Positions 20,082 through 29,462 of a stretch of DNA of 64,000 nt are shown here, one piece after another. Below the pieces are notes generated by a model. The model ran no database searches and was not told the DNA's origin. It worked only from the letters and a program-made list of their open reading frames with translations. The stretch is taken from the NCBI GenBank assembly GCA_965229635.1, contig OZ245894.1, positions 2,090,672 through 2,154,671 of the forward strand, in the 5' to 3' direction. This DNA comes from Saprospiraceae bacterium (GTDB lineage: Bacteria; Bacteroidota; Bacteroidia; Chitinophagales; Saprospiraceae). A program made the position numbers and the translations under genes. Position 1 is the first letter of the stretch; each line of letters starts with the position of its first letter.

Positions 20082-21530
20082 ATGAAACGCGTATTCTTTA
20101 CTCTATTACTTTTTTGCTGTTTATCACAGATTCGCGCTCAATTCACTCCTGGTCAGTTTGCGCCCGATTTTACGCTAACCGATATCAATGGTCAGGACTG
20201 GCGATTGTACGATTATCTGGCACAGGGCACTCCTGTAATCATCGACTTTACGGCCACCTGGTGTGCTCCCTGTTGGACAGCACATACCTCGCACGTATTG
20301 GAAGATATCTACGAAATGTATGGTCCTGATGGTACGGGTGAAGTCATGGTGTTTTTTATTGAGTCAGATCCCTCCACTGGTCTTGAGCAATTGTATGGAC
20401 AATTAGGACCTTCACAAGGCAATTGGGTAGAAGGCACCTCTTATCCCATTATTGATGTACCTACTTTTTCGATCCCTGATGCGTTTGGTGTTGATGCCTA
20501 TCCATCCATTTTCTTGCTGTCGCCGGATTTAACAGTATCTGAAAACCTTTGGAATACCGACTGGTCGGTGGCCAATGTGTATAGTCATGTTCAATCGGTA
20601 GCATCGGCTACTCCTCCTGCTAATGATGCTGCAGTACATGCCTATCAGGATTATAATGTGACTTGCGATGAAGCATCCATTAGTGTCAAACTGTATAATA
20701 CCGGTTCTACTCCATTAACGGAAGCGACCATTCAACTTACTTTGGACGGCGAAGAAGTTGCTACGGAGAATTGGACTGGAAGTTTAGCTTTTGGGGAGTC
20801 AGAGGAGGTTTCTTTTGGTAGTATTTCCCTTCCAGAAGCAGGGTTGACCACTTATGAAGCAACACTCACCACTGCGGATGCTGAATTGGATAATAACAGT
20901 ACCCCCATCCGCTGGTTGAAGTCTCCGCAGGCGACTAATCAGCTTGTTTTCTACCTGGAATCCGATGAAAACGCCGAAGCGGATAGTACTCAATGGTATA
21001 TTCTTGATGAGACAAATGAAGTGGTTCTGGAAAGTGGCATTATCGCCAACAATGTTTCAGAAGAAATCACTATGACGATTCCCGATCTGGGGTGTTACCT
21101 TTTTGTCTTTGAGGACAAAGGGGGCGATGGCCTTGGAGAAGGATATCTGATCGTCAGCGATTCCGAAGGAGAGATCATTTTCAGTAGTAATGCTCAGGAT
21201 GAATTCCGGAATGTTTTGTTTAATGTCAGCACAGTAGTCGGTGTACCACAAGAACCCAAAACGATTCAGGAGGTTACGCTGTTCCCGAACCCTGTATCCG
21301 ATGTGGCTACCCTGCAACTAGAATTAACAGAAACGACTACTCTACAACTGGACATCCGTGACCTGACCGGTAAACAAATCCGTCCACAAACTACGGCAAC
21401 CTTCGCCGCTGGTGCGCAGTCATGGACAGTTCCTACGGCTGATCTTCCTGCTGGAGTTTATACCATATCGTTGCGTACTGATGATGGGGTGAAGGCGATA
21501 AGGCTAGTAAAGCAGAATTCTCAGAATTAA
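20082..21530 (+). CDS. thioredoxin-fold (TlpA/redoxin-like, WCAPC) protein with T9SS C-terminal sorting domain
   Basis: signal peptide, FAPDFTL...IIDFTATWCAPCW redoxin motif, C-terminal por-secretion CTD (VTLFPNPVSDVATLQL...YTISLRTDDGVKAIRLVK). Confidence 0.7.
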   Translation: MKRVFFTLLLFCCLSQIRAQFTPGQFAPDFTLTDINGQDWRLYDYLAQGTPVIIDFTATWCAPCWTAHTSHVLEDIYEMYGPDGTGEVMVFFIESDPSTGLEQLYGQLGPSQGNWVEGTSYPIIDVPTFSIPDAFGVDAYPSIFLLSPDLTVSENLWNTDWSVANVYSHVQSVASATPPANDAAVHAYQDYNVTCDEASISVKLYNTGSTPLTEATIQLTLDGEEVATENWTGSLAFGESEEVSFGSISLPEAGLTTYEATLTTADAELDNNSTPIRWLKSPQATNQLVFYLESDENAEADSTQWYILDETNEVVLESGIIANNVSEEITMTIPDLGCYLFVFEDKGGDGLGEGYLIVSDSEGEIIFSSNAQDEFRNVLFNVSTVVGVPQEPKTIQEVTLFPNPVSDVATLQLELTETTTLQLDIRDLTGKQIRPQTTATFAAGAQSWTVPTADLPAGVYTISLRTDDGVKAIRLVKQNSQN

Positions 21531-21565
21531 AGCAGAATTCTCAGAATCTAAAGCATCAAAGGAAT

Positions 21566-21609
21566 ATGGAGTAGGGCCTTTGGATGGTTCTACTCCATAC
21601 TTTTTTATT
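21566..21609 (+). terminator. intrinsic terminator
   Basis: 9-bp stem atggagtag/ctactccat followed by acttttttatt. Confidence 0.6.
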
Positions 21610-21997
21610 ATTTGATTAGCCTCTGGTACTTGGGATTGAATATCAGCTTGTATTCGAGGCTTTTACCACCGAAGTTGATTGACAAGCCGGTGGGGAAGCT
21701 GTAAGCTACCGTGTAGTTTTTTGCTTGCACCAAATGCAAATCTTCTAGGCGGCTTTTGGCTTTCAATTCGACAACCACTTTATTTTCGACAATAAAATCC
21801 GCCTTTCTTGTTCCGACCTGAATACCATCGTAAAATATGGCCTGTTCCTTCTCTCGTGAAAATTCAAGGTTGGTTTTTTTCAATTCGATAGCTAAGCCTC
21901 TCTGATAAATAACTTCTTGGAAACCCGGGCCGAGTCTGTTATGTACCTTAATCGCACATCCAATAATTGTATAGGTCAACTCATCCTTTTCCATCAT
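21608..21997 (-). CDS. GxxExxY family protein (PD-(D/E)xK-like)
   Basis: 129 aa, typical family pattern incl. GxxExxY-like core (GPGFQEVIYQRG), KADFIVENKVVVELKA. Confidence 0.75.
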   Translation of the reverse strand: MMEKDELTYTIIGCAIKVHNRLGPGFQEVIYQRGLAIELKKTNLEFSREKEQAIFYDGIQVGTRKADFIVENKVVVELKAKSRLEDLHLVQAKNYTVAYSFPTGLSINFGGKSLEYKLIFNPKYQRLIK

Positions 21998-22047
21998 TCT
22001 GAAAATTTAATCATTCTGGTAATTCTGATTCAAAATCCACAAATCCG

Positions 22048-24102
22048 TTAAATCCTGCTCCATCTTTGCACTTCCACACTTCCCCCCACATCTATTCGCA
22101 GCAGGTATGTTCCGCTGGGCAAGTCCGCGACGTTGATTTCCATGGGCTTGGCGTTGTTGATGGACTGCACTTGTCGCAGTGGCTGTCCGGTTATGGAAAA
22201 TATTTGGATGACTGTTGGGTGATCTGTTGGTTCATTGAAATGTAGGAAGATTACTTCAGTGGCTGGGTTGGGGAAGATCGAAACGGTGATTTTTTGTAGA
22301 TCGGTTCTTTCGGTATGGATGACCTTTGAATAGGTGTATTGGCCATCGTCATCAACCTGTTTTAGTCGGTAGTAGCTGGAGCCGGTTAGGGGATGGGAAT
22401 CCAGAAAGGTATAGATGTAAGGATCGGAGGTAGTGCCCTGACCGTCAATGACTCCAAGTTGTTGAAAGGTACGACCATCAGCGCTGCGCTCTATGGCAAA
22501 ATAGTCATTTTGCACTTCTGAGGCTGTTTCCCATTTTAGTAGGATACCCTCGGGTAGGTTTTTGGAGGTGAAATGGGTGAGCTCTACTGGAAGTACACCG
22601 CCACTGGCCACCGCAAAAGGTGACAGGCTGGTAATGCCGGAACGAGTAAACGTATACGGTGGCCCACCACTGGCGCTGCCCGTTGGGCCGGCATCCCAGT
22701 AGGTTCCGGTATAGTGGGCCATGTAGCAACTACTACGGTCAAAACCGCTGAGTTCCTGGGCGGAATTCCATTGTACAGTGAGGTTGAGCGAGCCATTGAC
22801 AGTGCCTTCGACATACCAGGTTCGGTTGACTATATTTGAAGATTGTTGCACCCCATTGTCATTGACCCAATCTTCGATGCGTACGCCAAAATTGCCGCTG
22901 CCGGTGTGTTGCAGAATAGCCGGATTGTACTGGTCATTACCGATGGGGAAGACCACACTACTGCTTACCGGTCGAATCAACATGCCCGAACTTTCTCCGA
23001 TGACGTTGGTTTGGATATAGCTTTGATTGTGAAATCCAGACAAGTCAGCCAGAACAGTAAGGTTGAAAGTATTGAGGGTAATTTTGCCTAACCCCATGGT
23101 CAGGTTGTTAACTTGTAACGCTCTAGCCAGGTTGAGTCCATTGCCGTTGAAAAGCGTGAGGTTATCAATCAGTATGGTCCCATTGCCGCTGATGGTCTGT
23201 GGCCCATTGCCGCCAATAGTCACGGAGGTCTCTTCACCGATAATAGCGAGTGTTCCCTCCACATTGATGCCGCCTTTAAAGTTGAAGCCAGAGCCAAAGG
23301 CCGTGCCCTGATTAGTGAGCGTGGAGCCAAAGCCAATCTGGGTCGCTCCATTTACCGCAATCGGGATGCCGCTGGTATTTTGATTGTAAATAACGACAGA
23401 ACCCCCTCCCGAAGTTCCGACATCCAAATTTCCGAGAACGGTTGCAGAACCACTAGAGCCTTGAAAACGACTGGAGCCAATGCCCGGATTCCAATTGTCG
23501 CCGGCGAAGTTTTCAAATCGCAAATTGGGGTAATAAGCCCCAATAGTAGTGATATTGGGGTCTCCGGCCCCGGTGTAGCGAATTACCCAATTGGCGGATG
23601 GAGGAATGGAAAACATACCTCCTTCATAGTTGTCGCGATATACCGAAGCACTGGAATTATTGCTCTTGATAAAGGTGCCATTTGAACCTAAATTCCAGGT
23701 TGCACCGCCCTGAAAGCGGGTGCCGTTGCCGGAACTGCCATTATCTTGGTAGCTGCCATTGACCACGAGATCAGAACCGGAGGCGGTATTGTAAAGGAAG
23801 AGTTCCAGGTCGGTATCAGCGAGGACGAGACTACCACCTGCTTCAATAACGATACTGCCTGCGTGCGCATTGTCAGAGAGGCCGCCGTCAATGTCGGTGA
23901 TATTGATGGTATGACCGGATTGGATGACCACATCGTCGGTGCTGCCGGGAGGATTGGTTGCGGTAGTCCAGGAGGAGGTAAAGACCTGCCAACTGCTGGC
24001 GACCATCCACGGTCCACTGGAGGCACTGCGATAGGAAGCCGCCATTAGAAGGGTTTCACAAATCAGAAAAAGCGCAAGGGTGAGTGTTGTTCTTGTTTTC
24101 AT
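22048..24102 (-). CDS. large secreted Gly/Asn-rich beta-helix-like protein with T9SS C-terminal sorting domain
   Basis: signal peptide (MKTRTTLTLALFLICETLLMAAS), C-terminal CTD (ITVSIFPNPATEVIFLHF...GTYLLRIDVGG); start at internal Met. Confidence 0.6.
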   Translation of the reverse strand: MKTRTTLTLALFLICETLLMAASYRSASSGPWMVASSWQVFTSSWTTATNPPGSTDDVVIQSGHTINITDIDGGLSDNAHAGSIVIEAGGSLVLADTDLELFLYNTASGSDLVVNGSYQDNGSSGNGTRFQGGATWNLGSNGTFIKSNNSSASVYRDNYEGGMFSIPPSANWVIRYTGAGDPNITTIGAYYPNLRFENFAGDNWNPGIGSSRFQGSSGSATVLGNLDVGTSGGGSVVIYNQNTSGIPIAVNGATQIGFGSTLTNQGTAFGSGFNFKGGINVEGTLAIIGEETSVTIGGNGPQTISGNGTILIDNLTLFNGNGLNLARALQVNNLTMGLGKITLNTFNLTVLADLSGFHNQSYIQTNVIGESSGMLIRPVSSSVVFPIGNDQYNPAILQHTGSGNFGVRIEDWVNDNGVQQSSNIVNRTWYVEGTVNGSLNLTVQWNSAQELSGFDRSSCYMAHYTGTYWDAGPTGSASGGPPYTFTRSGITSLSPFAVASGGVLPVELTHFTSKNLPEGILLKWETASEVQNDYFAIERSADGRTFQQLGVIDGQGTTSDPYIYTFLDSHPLTGSSYYRLKQVDDDGQYTYSKVIHTERTDLQKITVSIFPNPATEVIFLHFNEPTDHPTVIQIFSITGQPLRQVQSINNAKPMEINVADLPSGTYLLRIDVGGSVEVQRWSRI

Positions 24103-24103
24103 T

Positions 24104-24202
24104 CTAGTGGATTGATGCAGAAATAACTGACATTTAATGTTCAGCATCTTCAGTGCTTCTAGCGTGAAAAAAGTATCAACTATTTCGGACTAGTCGCACT
24201 AG
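24104..24202 (+). repeat. ~100-bp MITE-like repeat family B, copy 1 (ctagtg...cactag termini)
   Basis: near-identical copies at 54767-54864 and 55957-56064. Confidence 0.7.
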
Positions 24203-24308
24203 AGCATTAGGTCAGCAAAGAGAGCGAAGGCAAAAGCGATCACAAAAACAGTTTTGGGATAGCCTCTATATATTTGGACGCCGACCGATCAGAAATTCCA
24301 TAACTTTT

Positions 24309-24333
24309 TGAAGTTTTTTTTGAAAAAACTTCA
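24309..24333. terminator. bidirectional palindromic hairpin (tgaagtttttt..aaaaaacttca) 3' of queA
   Basis: perfect palindrome flanked by A/T runs. Confidence 0.45.
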
Positions 24334-24484
24334 TTTGACTGAATGGTATTTGGTTCTATCTATTTGATTTGAAGTGTTTTATGTGTTGATTGGCCTGTGG
24401 TGAATAAATAGGAGGTGTCGCGTCGGAGACGCTCACCAGCGACGCAGATTGGCCGATGGTCACTCGACAGTTGACAGTCATGCG

Positions 24485-25705
24485 CTAGGGCAAAAGCAAA
24501 TTACTATCCCCATAGCTCAAAAAGCGGAAGTCTTCGGCCAGGGCATAGTCATAAATCTTATGCCAGTCATCTCCCACCAGTGCAGCTACGAGCAGCATGA
24601 GTGTGCTTTTTGGTTGGTGAAAATTGGTGATTAGTCCGCGAATCAGGCGGTACTGGTAGGAAGGTGCAATGAGTAGTTGGGTACTGCCCTCAAGCGTATC
24701 GAGGTGATGGTCAGTAAGATGCTGGATGACAGCTTGGAGGCATTCTTTTGCAGTTGGCCAGTCTTGATTTTCATACGGCAGCCACTGAGGCACTTCCATG
24801 TAGGTTTGGGCCGTGCCAGCGATGATCTGCGTACCGTGCCAGTAGATGCTTTCCAGTACCCGGCTGGCAGTCGTGCCCACCGTGATGATGGGCCGCTGAT
24901 CGAGTACTGCCTGAAGAAGCGTTTGTAGTGTTTCTTTATTAATAGCTACCGTCTCTGAGTGCATGTGGTGCTCACCAAGGGTAGGGGTGCTAACCGGCTT
25001 AAAGGTCCCTGCTCCAACGTGCAGGGTAAGAAAAGTGCGACTGATGCCCTTGGACTCCAAGTCTTCAAAAACCCGGTCGGTGAAGTGCAATCCGGCAGTA
25101 GGCGCCGCTACCGAACCTTCGTGATGCGCGTAGATGGTTTGGTAGCGATGCACATCATCGGCGGTGCTTTCGCGCTTGAGGTAGGGTGGGAGTGGGATAA
25201 TGCCGCCTTCGGCCAGTAGTTCTCCAAAGGATAGGTTGGTATCTGGCCACTGAAAGCGGATATCAAAGGCATTTTCATTGCGGCCCAGTCGCTCGATGTG
25301 TAGCGGGATGTTTTTTTGGCTTAAAGCCAAATGCGTATCGATTACCCCGGTCTTCCACTTGCGGTTGTTGCCTACAAGGCACTTCCAGGTGACTTCTTCG
25401 GTTGCCGAAAGATTTTGCTGATATTCGGCGGGTCGCAGTGGTTCCAGGCACAGGATTTCAATCTGGGCGCCGGAGGGTAAGGTGAAGCGCAAACGGGCGT
25501 GGATTACCCGCGTATCATTGAAGACGAGCAGACTATTTTCCGGAAGGAAATCTCCAATATTCCGGAAGGTTGAAGAGGAGATTTGCCCCCCTTGGTAAAC
25601 CAATAACTTAGAGGCGTCCCTTTCTTCCAGTGGGAAGCGGGCGATGCGGTGATCGGGTAGATCGTAGCTATAATCCTCGATGTTAATTGCTGCTGGCGTC
25701 TGCAT
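24485..25705 (-). CDS. queA: S-adenosylmethionine:tRNA ribosyltransferase-isomerase
   Basis: N-terminus DYSYDLPDHRIARFPLEERDASKLLVY...LLVFNDTRVIHARL matches the QueA family, C-terminal FRFLSYGD. Confidence 0.9.
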   Translation of the reverse strand: MQTPAAINIEDYSYDLPDHRIARFPLEERDASKLLVYQGGQISSSTFRNIGDFLPENSLLVFNDTRVIHARLRFTLPSGAQIEILCLEPLRPAEYQQNLSATEEVTWKCLVGNNRKWKTGVIDTHLALSQKNIPLHIERLGRNENAFDIRFQWPDTNLSFGELLAEGGIIPLPPYLKRESTADDVHRYQTIYAHHEGSVAAPTAGLHFTDRVFEDLESKGISRTFLTLHVGAGTFKPVSTPTLGEHHMHSETVAINKETLQTLLQAVLDQRPIITVGTTASRVLESIYWHGTQIIAGTAQTYMEVPQWLPYENQDWPTAKECLQAVIQHLTDHHLDTLEGSTQLLIAPSYQYRLIRGLITNFHQPKSTLMLLVAALVGDDWHKIYDYALAEDFRFLSYGDSNLLLP

Positions 25706-25780
25706 AATCCTTCAATTTCGCTGCAAAAATAGGATTTTTCCGGATTGTGGGAATATAGGGAAGGTTTAGGTTGAAAAATC

Positions 25781-25830
25781 GTTACAAATATAATGATGAT
25801 AAAAATAATCATTATATTTGTCATCGTGTT
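25781..25830 (-). terminator. putative attenuator/terminator hairpin with U-tract in queA leader
   Basis: 14-bp stem acaaauauaaugau / aucauuauauuugu then aacgauuuuuca; covaries with the metH-leader hairpin. Confidence 0.45.
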
Positions 25831-25902
25831 AAAAGTTATTATTGTATAGACATTGGTTTTAATTTTCCTCACCGCTTTTCATCATCCACTGCGCCCGCGT
25901 GA

Positions 25903-26030
25903 GGTGCCTGCAAGGGGAAGGCCTGCGGCCGCCCCTGCCCACCGAAGCCTCCAGGCGAAGGTGGGTACGAGCCGAATGGCGAGCCTGGAAGGGACCGACC
26001 TGACGAAGGAAGGGCACGCCCAAAATACCT
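25903..26030 (-). ncRNA. candidate structured cis-regulatory RNA element (copy 2) in queA leader
   Basis: same three conserved cores and closing helix as 14842-14942, inverted orientation, different variable hairpins. Confidence 0.4.
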
Positions 26031-26544
26031 ATACTTTCCACTTCAATGACCGCTCATCCAAGGCCCGGGAGGTGGCTAAAATGCCATCCAAATGATCGTA
26101 TTCGTGCTGCAATAATTCGGAAAGGTCACCATCCAGTTGCCAGGTTTCCTCCTGCCAATCCGGGGTGCGAAAGTGTAGGGTGCAGCTCTGATGACGCTCC
26201 AGTTGGACCAGTAGATTGGGAAAGCTCATGCAGTCGTCCCACAGGATCATTTTTTCCTCACTGAAGTTGGTCAACATTGGATTGATCATCGCTATCGGTC
26301 GGTCGATGTTGAGCACGATCAGTCGCTTCATCACGCCAATTTGTGGCGCGGCAATTGCCCGTCCGGCCCCATATCTGGCCCGAAACTGCAAGATGAGATC
26401 GGCCATGCCGTCAATGACCTGTTGTAGCCCGGCGACCTCCTCCCGTTTGATGGGGGTACAGACTTCATATAGACGAGGGTCGCCGAGCAGCAGTATATCG
26501 TCAAGCTTGTAGCGCTTAGTCGACACGCTTGGCATGGATTTCAT
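26029..26544 (-). CDS. def: peptide deformylase-like protein
   Basis: motifs GRAIAAPQIG (GxGxAAxQ), Cys-containing motif II (DDCMSFP, diverged from EGCLS), HEYDHLDG (HExxH); start at internal Met, overlapping the end of the upstream gene. Confidence 0.75.
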   Translation of the reverse strand: MKSMPSVSTKRYKLDDILLLGDPRLYEVCTPIKREEVAGLQQVIDGMADLILQFRARYGAGRAIAAPQIGVMKRLIVLNIDRPIAMINPMLTNFSEEKMILWDDCMSFPNLLVQLERHQSCTLHFRTPDWQEETWQLDGDLSELLQHEYDHLDGILATSRALDERSLKWKV

Positions 26545-28048
26545 CAAAGAAAATATCGTCATTGGGTACATCAAATTCGATGCCGATGACCTTGCCGTTA
26601 TTGTTGAGCACAAATTGGACCGTACCAAAGTCAAACCACGCGTGCACTTCATTCCACTTGATCTCGAAGGTGTTGAGGTGCCAGTGCTCCAGCTTTGCAT
26701 CCAGTGAAGGGGCCTCTGGGAAGTGTAACTGTAGCCCCCCATCCGCATTTTTGATCTCGATGGTGCCAAACATTTTGTCTTGATAAGTTCCGGCGTAGTC
26801 TGCCAGTGCAAGTGTTGGTTTAGTATCCTTTATTCGATCATTGTAACGCTCCTGGACACGCTCTTTGCGATAGGTTTCGCCTCGTTCCTCTCCCTCCAGA
26901 CCCAGTTTCATCCAGTCCTGTGGCTCAAGGCCAAATGCCTGATCGAGAATGTGATAGGCGATGGGGTTGCTGATGCCTTTCATGCTATTGGTGAGGATAA
27001 CAATGCCCATTTCAGCCCCCGGCACGACCACCACCTTGGAGTACATGCCATCGTAGCCGCCGCCGTGATTGTACACCATGTGACCGCCGTGATCAAAATA
27101 GCCCCAGCCTAGCGCATAACCCGCCACGTTACGAGTGGGGAAACGTTCCTTGGCTCCCGAGCTTACGGTATAATTGTTGTGAGGCTTCCAGAACGTGGCC
27201 TGTGCCGCTTCTGAAAAGATTTGCTGTTCACCAATCTTGCCGCCGTCGATTTGCAGCTGTATCCACTTGAGCATGTCATCGACGCTGGAGAGAATACCAC
27301 CCGCAGCGCCCATATTGTCCCAATTGACATACGGAATGGCTTTGTTTTTACCATCCATCGGTTTGTGGGGTTGAGCCACATTGGTCATCTTTTTGAGGTC
27401 CTCCACAGAGGTGCGGGTACGGTCCATCTTCAACGGATCAAAGATGCGCTCTTTGATAAATTCATCCCAGGTTTTACCGCTGGCGGCTTTGATCACTTCG
27501 CCGGCTGTGATAAACATCAGATTGGAGTAGCCGTAGCCCGAGCGGAAGGGATACGCCTGCGGCACTTCAGCTGCCCGTTTGACCACTTCTTCAGCCGGAT
27601 ATTCGCTCTTATACCAGATCACATCACCACTAAAGGTGCCCAGTCCGGCGCGGTGACACAGCAGGTCACGCACGGTGGTATTGGCACTCACATAGGGATC
27701 ATATAGCTCGAAATAAGGCAGGTATTTTTGCACCGGATCATCCCAATCCAACTTGCCATCATCCACCAGAATGCCAATGGCAGCAGCGATAAATGCTTTG
27801 GTATTGGAGGCGATGGCAAAGATGGAATTTTCGTCGACGTTACCTTTTTTACCGGCTTCCAGCTGCCCGTAACCTTTGGCAAGTTTCACTTCACCGTCCT
27901 GAATCACTCCCACCGCGAAGCCGGGAATGTCCCAATCTTTTTGGGCCTTGGCCAGGTATTGATCCAACGCCTGGTAGTCGACCTGGGCTTGTAGCAATAA
28001 TGAGGGAAGTAGAAACAAACAAAGCAAAAGCGTTCTGATATCTTTCAT
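26516..28048 (-). CDS. serine hydrolase of the beta-lactamase/penicillin-binding family, secreted
   Basis: signal peptide, SxxK motif (ASNTKAF), ~510 aa with C-terminal extra domain. Confidence 0.8.
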   Translation of the reverse strand: MKDIRTLLLCLFLLPSLLLQAQVDYQALDQYLAKAQKDWDIPGFAVGVIQDGEVKLAKGYGQLEAGKKGNVDENSIFAIASNTKAFIAAAIGILVDDGKLDWDDPVQKYLPYFELYDPYVSANTTVRDLLCHRAGLGTFSGDVIWYKSEYPAEEVVKRAAEVPQAYPFRSGYGYSNLMFITAGEVIKAASGKTWDEFIKERIFDPLKMDRTRTSVEDLKKMTNVAQPHKPMDGKNKAIPYVNWDNMGAAGGILSSVDDMLKWIQLQIDGGKIGEQQIFSEAAQATFWKPHNNYTVSSGAKERFPTRNVAGYALGWGYFDHGGHMVYNHGGGYDGMYSKVVVVPGAEMGIVILTNSMKGISNPIAYHILDQAFGLEPQDWMKLGLEGEERGETYRKERVQERYNDRIKDTKPTLALADYAGTYQDKMFGTIEIKNADGGLQLHFPEAPSLDAKLEHWHLNTFEIKWNEVHAWFDFGTVQFVLNNNGKVIGIEFDVPNDDIFFDEIHAKRVD

Positions 28049-28276
28049 AGATGGGTTGTTTTTATGACGAAAATAAACAATTCAGCCGGAAAGAGTGTAT
28101 ATTGCATAGTAGCCGAGTGCTTTATTCGCGATCATCATTTAACTTCAAAACCTATAAGCACCAGCTCTTGTGCCCATCCTCATTCAAATAGTTTCTCACT
28201 GATTTTTTTGATAACGTAACAGCAGGTTCAAGCTTCGCTTGACTGTACATTAATTTAATCAATAAATCACTCTATT

Positions 28277-29410
28277 ATGAAAAGGATGAATTTACTCATT
28301 GTGTTATTGGCATTGTGTGGTGGGCTGGTGGCACAAAGCATTACCCTTCCGCCCAGTGGCGCCAACCAGAAAAGTGTGGTCACGCAATACATTGGCTCCC
28401 TGGCTCATGTGACCATCATTTACAACAGCCCGGATGTGACCGCCCCCAATGGCGACGACCGCAGCGGTCAGATTTGGGGACAATTGGTGCCTTACGGAAT
28501 GGCGGCCAACAGTTTTGGCACAGCTAAGGAGATCCCCTGGCGGGCTGGGGCCAATGAGAACACCATCATTAAGCTGTCGCACGATATGATGGTGCAAGGC
28601 AAGTCGCTCAAAGCCGGGAAATATGGATTGCACATGATCCCCAAAGAAAACGGTCCCTGGACCATCATTTTTTCTAATAATTCCGATGCCTGGGGTAGTT
28701 ATTTTTATGAGGAAAAAGACGATGCGCTGCGTGTTGAGGCCACTCCGGAGGCCAGCGACTACCACGAGTGGCTGACCTACGAATTTACCGACCGTCAACC
28801 CAATTCCGCTACGGTAGCGCTGAAGTGGGACAAGTTGAGTATCCCCTTTAAGTTTGAGTTATCTGATGTAAATAATCTCTACGTTGAAAAAATTCGGGGA
28901 GAACTGCAAAACAGCCCCGGCTTCAATTACCAAAACTGGGTCGCTGCCGTCAATTTTGCCGTGCAGAATGATGTAGCGCTGGAAGAAGCACTCGGCTGGG
29001 CGGATTACGCCATCAGCGGTTCTTTTATTGGTGTGGAGGATTTTACTTCACTGTCGGCAAAAGCAGCTTTGCTCAACAAACTCGAACGCCAGGATGAGGC
29101 GGCTAAGGTAATGGACAAAGCGATTCACCACGCTACGGCTACGGCTTTCCAGATTCACGCTTATGGACGTCAGCTCATCGCTCAAGGCAAAAAGAACGAA
29201 GCGCTGGAGGTCTTCAAATACAACCACGAGCGCTACAAAGGTGGTTGGCCTACCGTGGTGGGACTGGCCAGAGGATATTCGGCAGTGGGCAAGTACAAGG
29301 AGGCCCTGAAATACGCCAAAATGGGCTTGGAGCAGGCACCTGACCAGTTGAATAAGGATTCAATGGCAAAGGCGGTGGAGCAGTTGGCGAAGGGGGAGGA
29401 TATTAATTAA
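28277..29410 (+). CDS. secreted DUF2911-like protein with C-terminal TPR-like helical repeats
   Basis: signal peptide; N-terminal region resembles DUF2911; C-terminal helical repeats. Confidence 0.45.
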   Translation: MKRMNLLIVLLALCGGLVAQSITLPPSGANQKSVVTQYIGSLAHVTIIYNSPDVTAPNGDDRSGQIWGQLVPYGMAANSFGTAKEIPWRAGANENTIIKLSHDMMVQGKSLKAGKYGLHMIPKENGPWTIIFSNNSDAWGSYFYEEKDDALRVEATPEASDYHEWLTYEFTDRQPNSATVALKWDKLSIPFKFELSDVNNLYVEKIRGELQNSPGFNYQNWVAAVNFAVQNDVALEEALGWADYAISGSFIGVEDFTSLSAKAALLNKLERQDEAAKVMDKAIHHATATAFQIHAYGRQLIAQGKKNEALEVFKYNHERYKGGWPTVVGLARGYSAVGKYKEALKYAKMGLEQAPDQLNKDSMAKAVEQLAKGEDIN

Positions 29411-29416
29411 AGGTTG

Positions 29417-29462
29417 TTTTGTTTCTGTTTTTTACGTATTTTCGTAAAAAACAGAAACAAAA
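29417..29462. promoter_or_regulatory. perfect 20-bp inverted repeat (ttttgtttctgttttttacg-tatttt-cgtaaaaaacagaaacaaaa) abutting abiEi start
   Basis: seen directly; candidate AbiEi autoregulatory operator or strong hairpin. Confidence 0.6.

Noticed and set aside
24104-24202. Family B repeat as a dedicated promoter of the T9SS cargo gene
   Set aside because: The same element also occurs downstream of a convergent gene end (55957-56064). I could not find a clean TTG...TAnnTTTG Bacteroidetes promoter in it. Treated as a MITE-like repeat.
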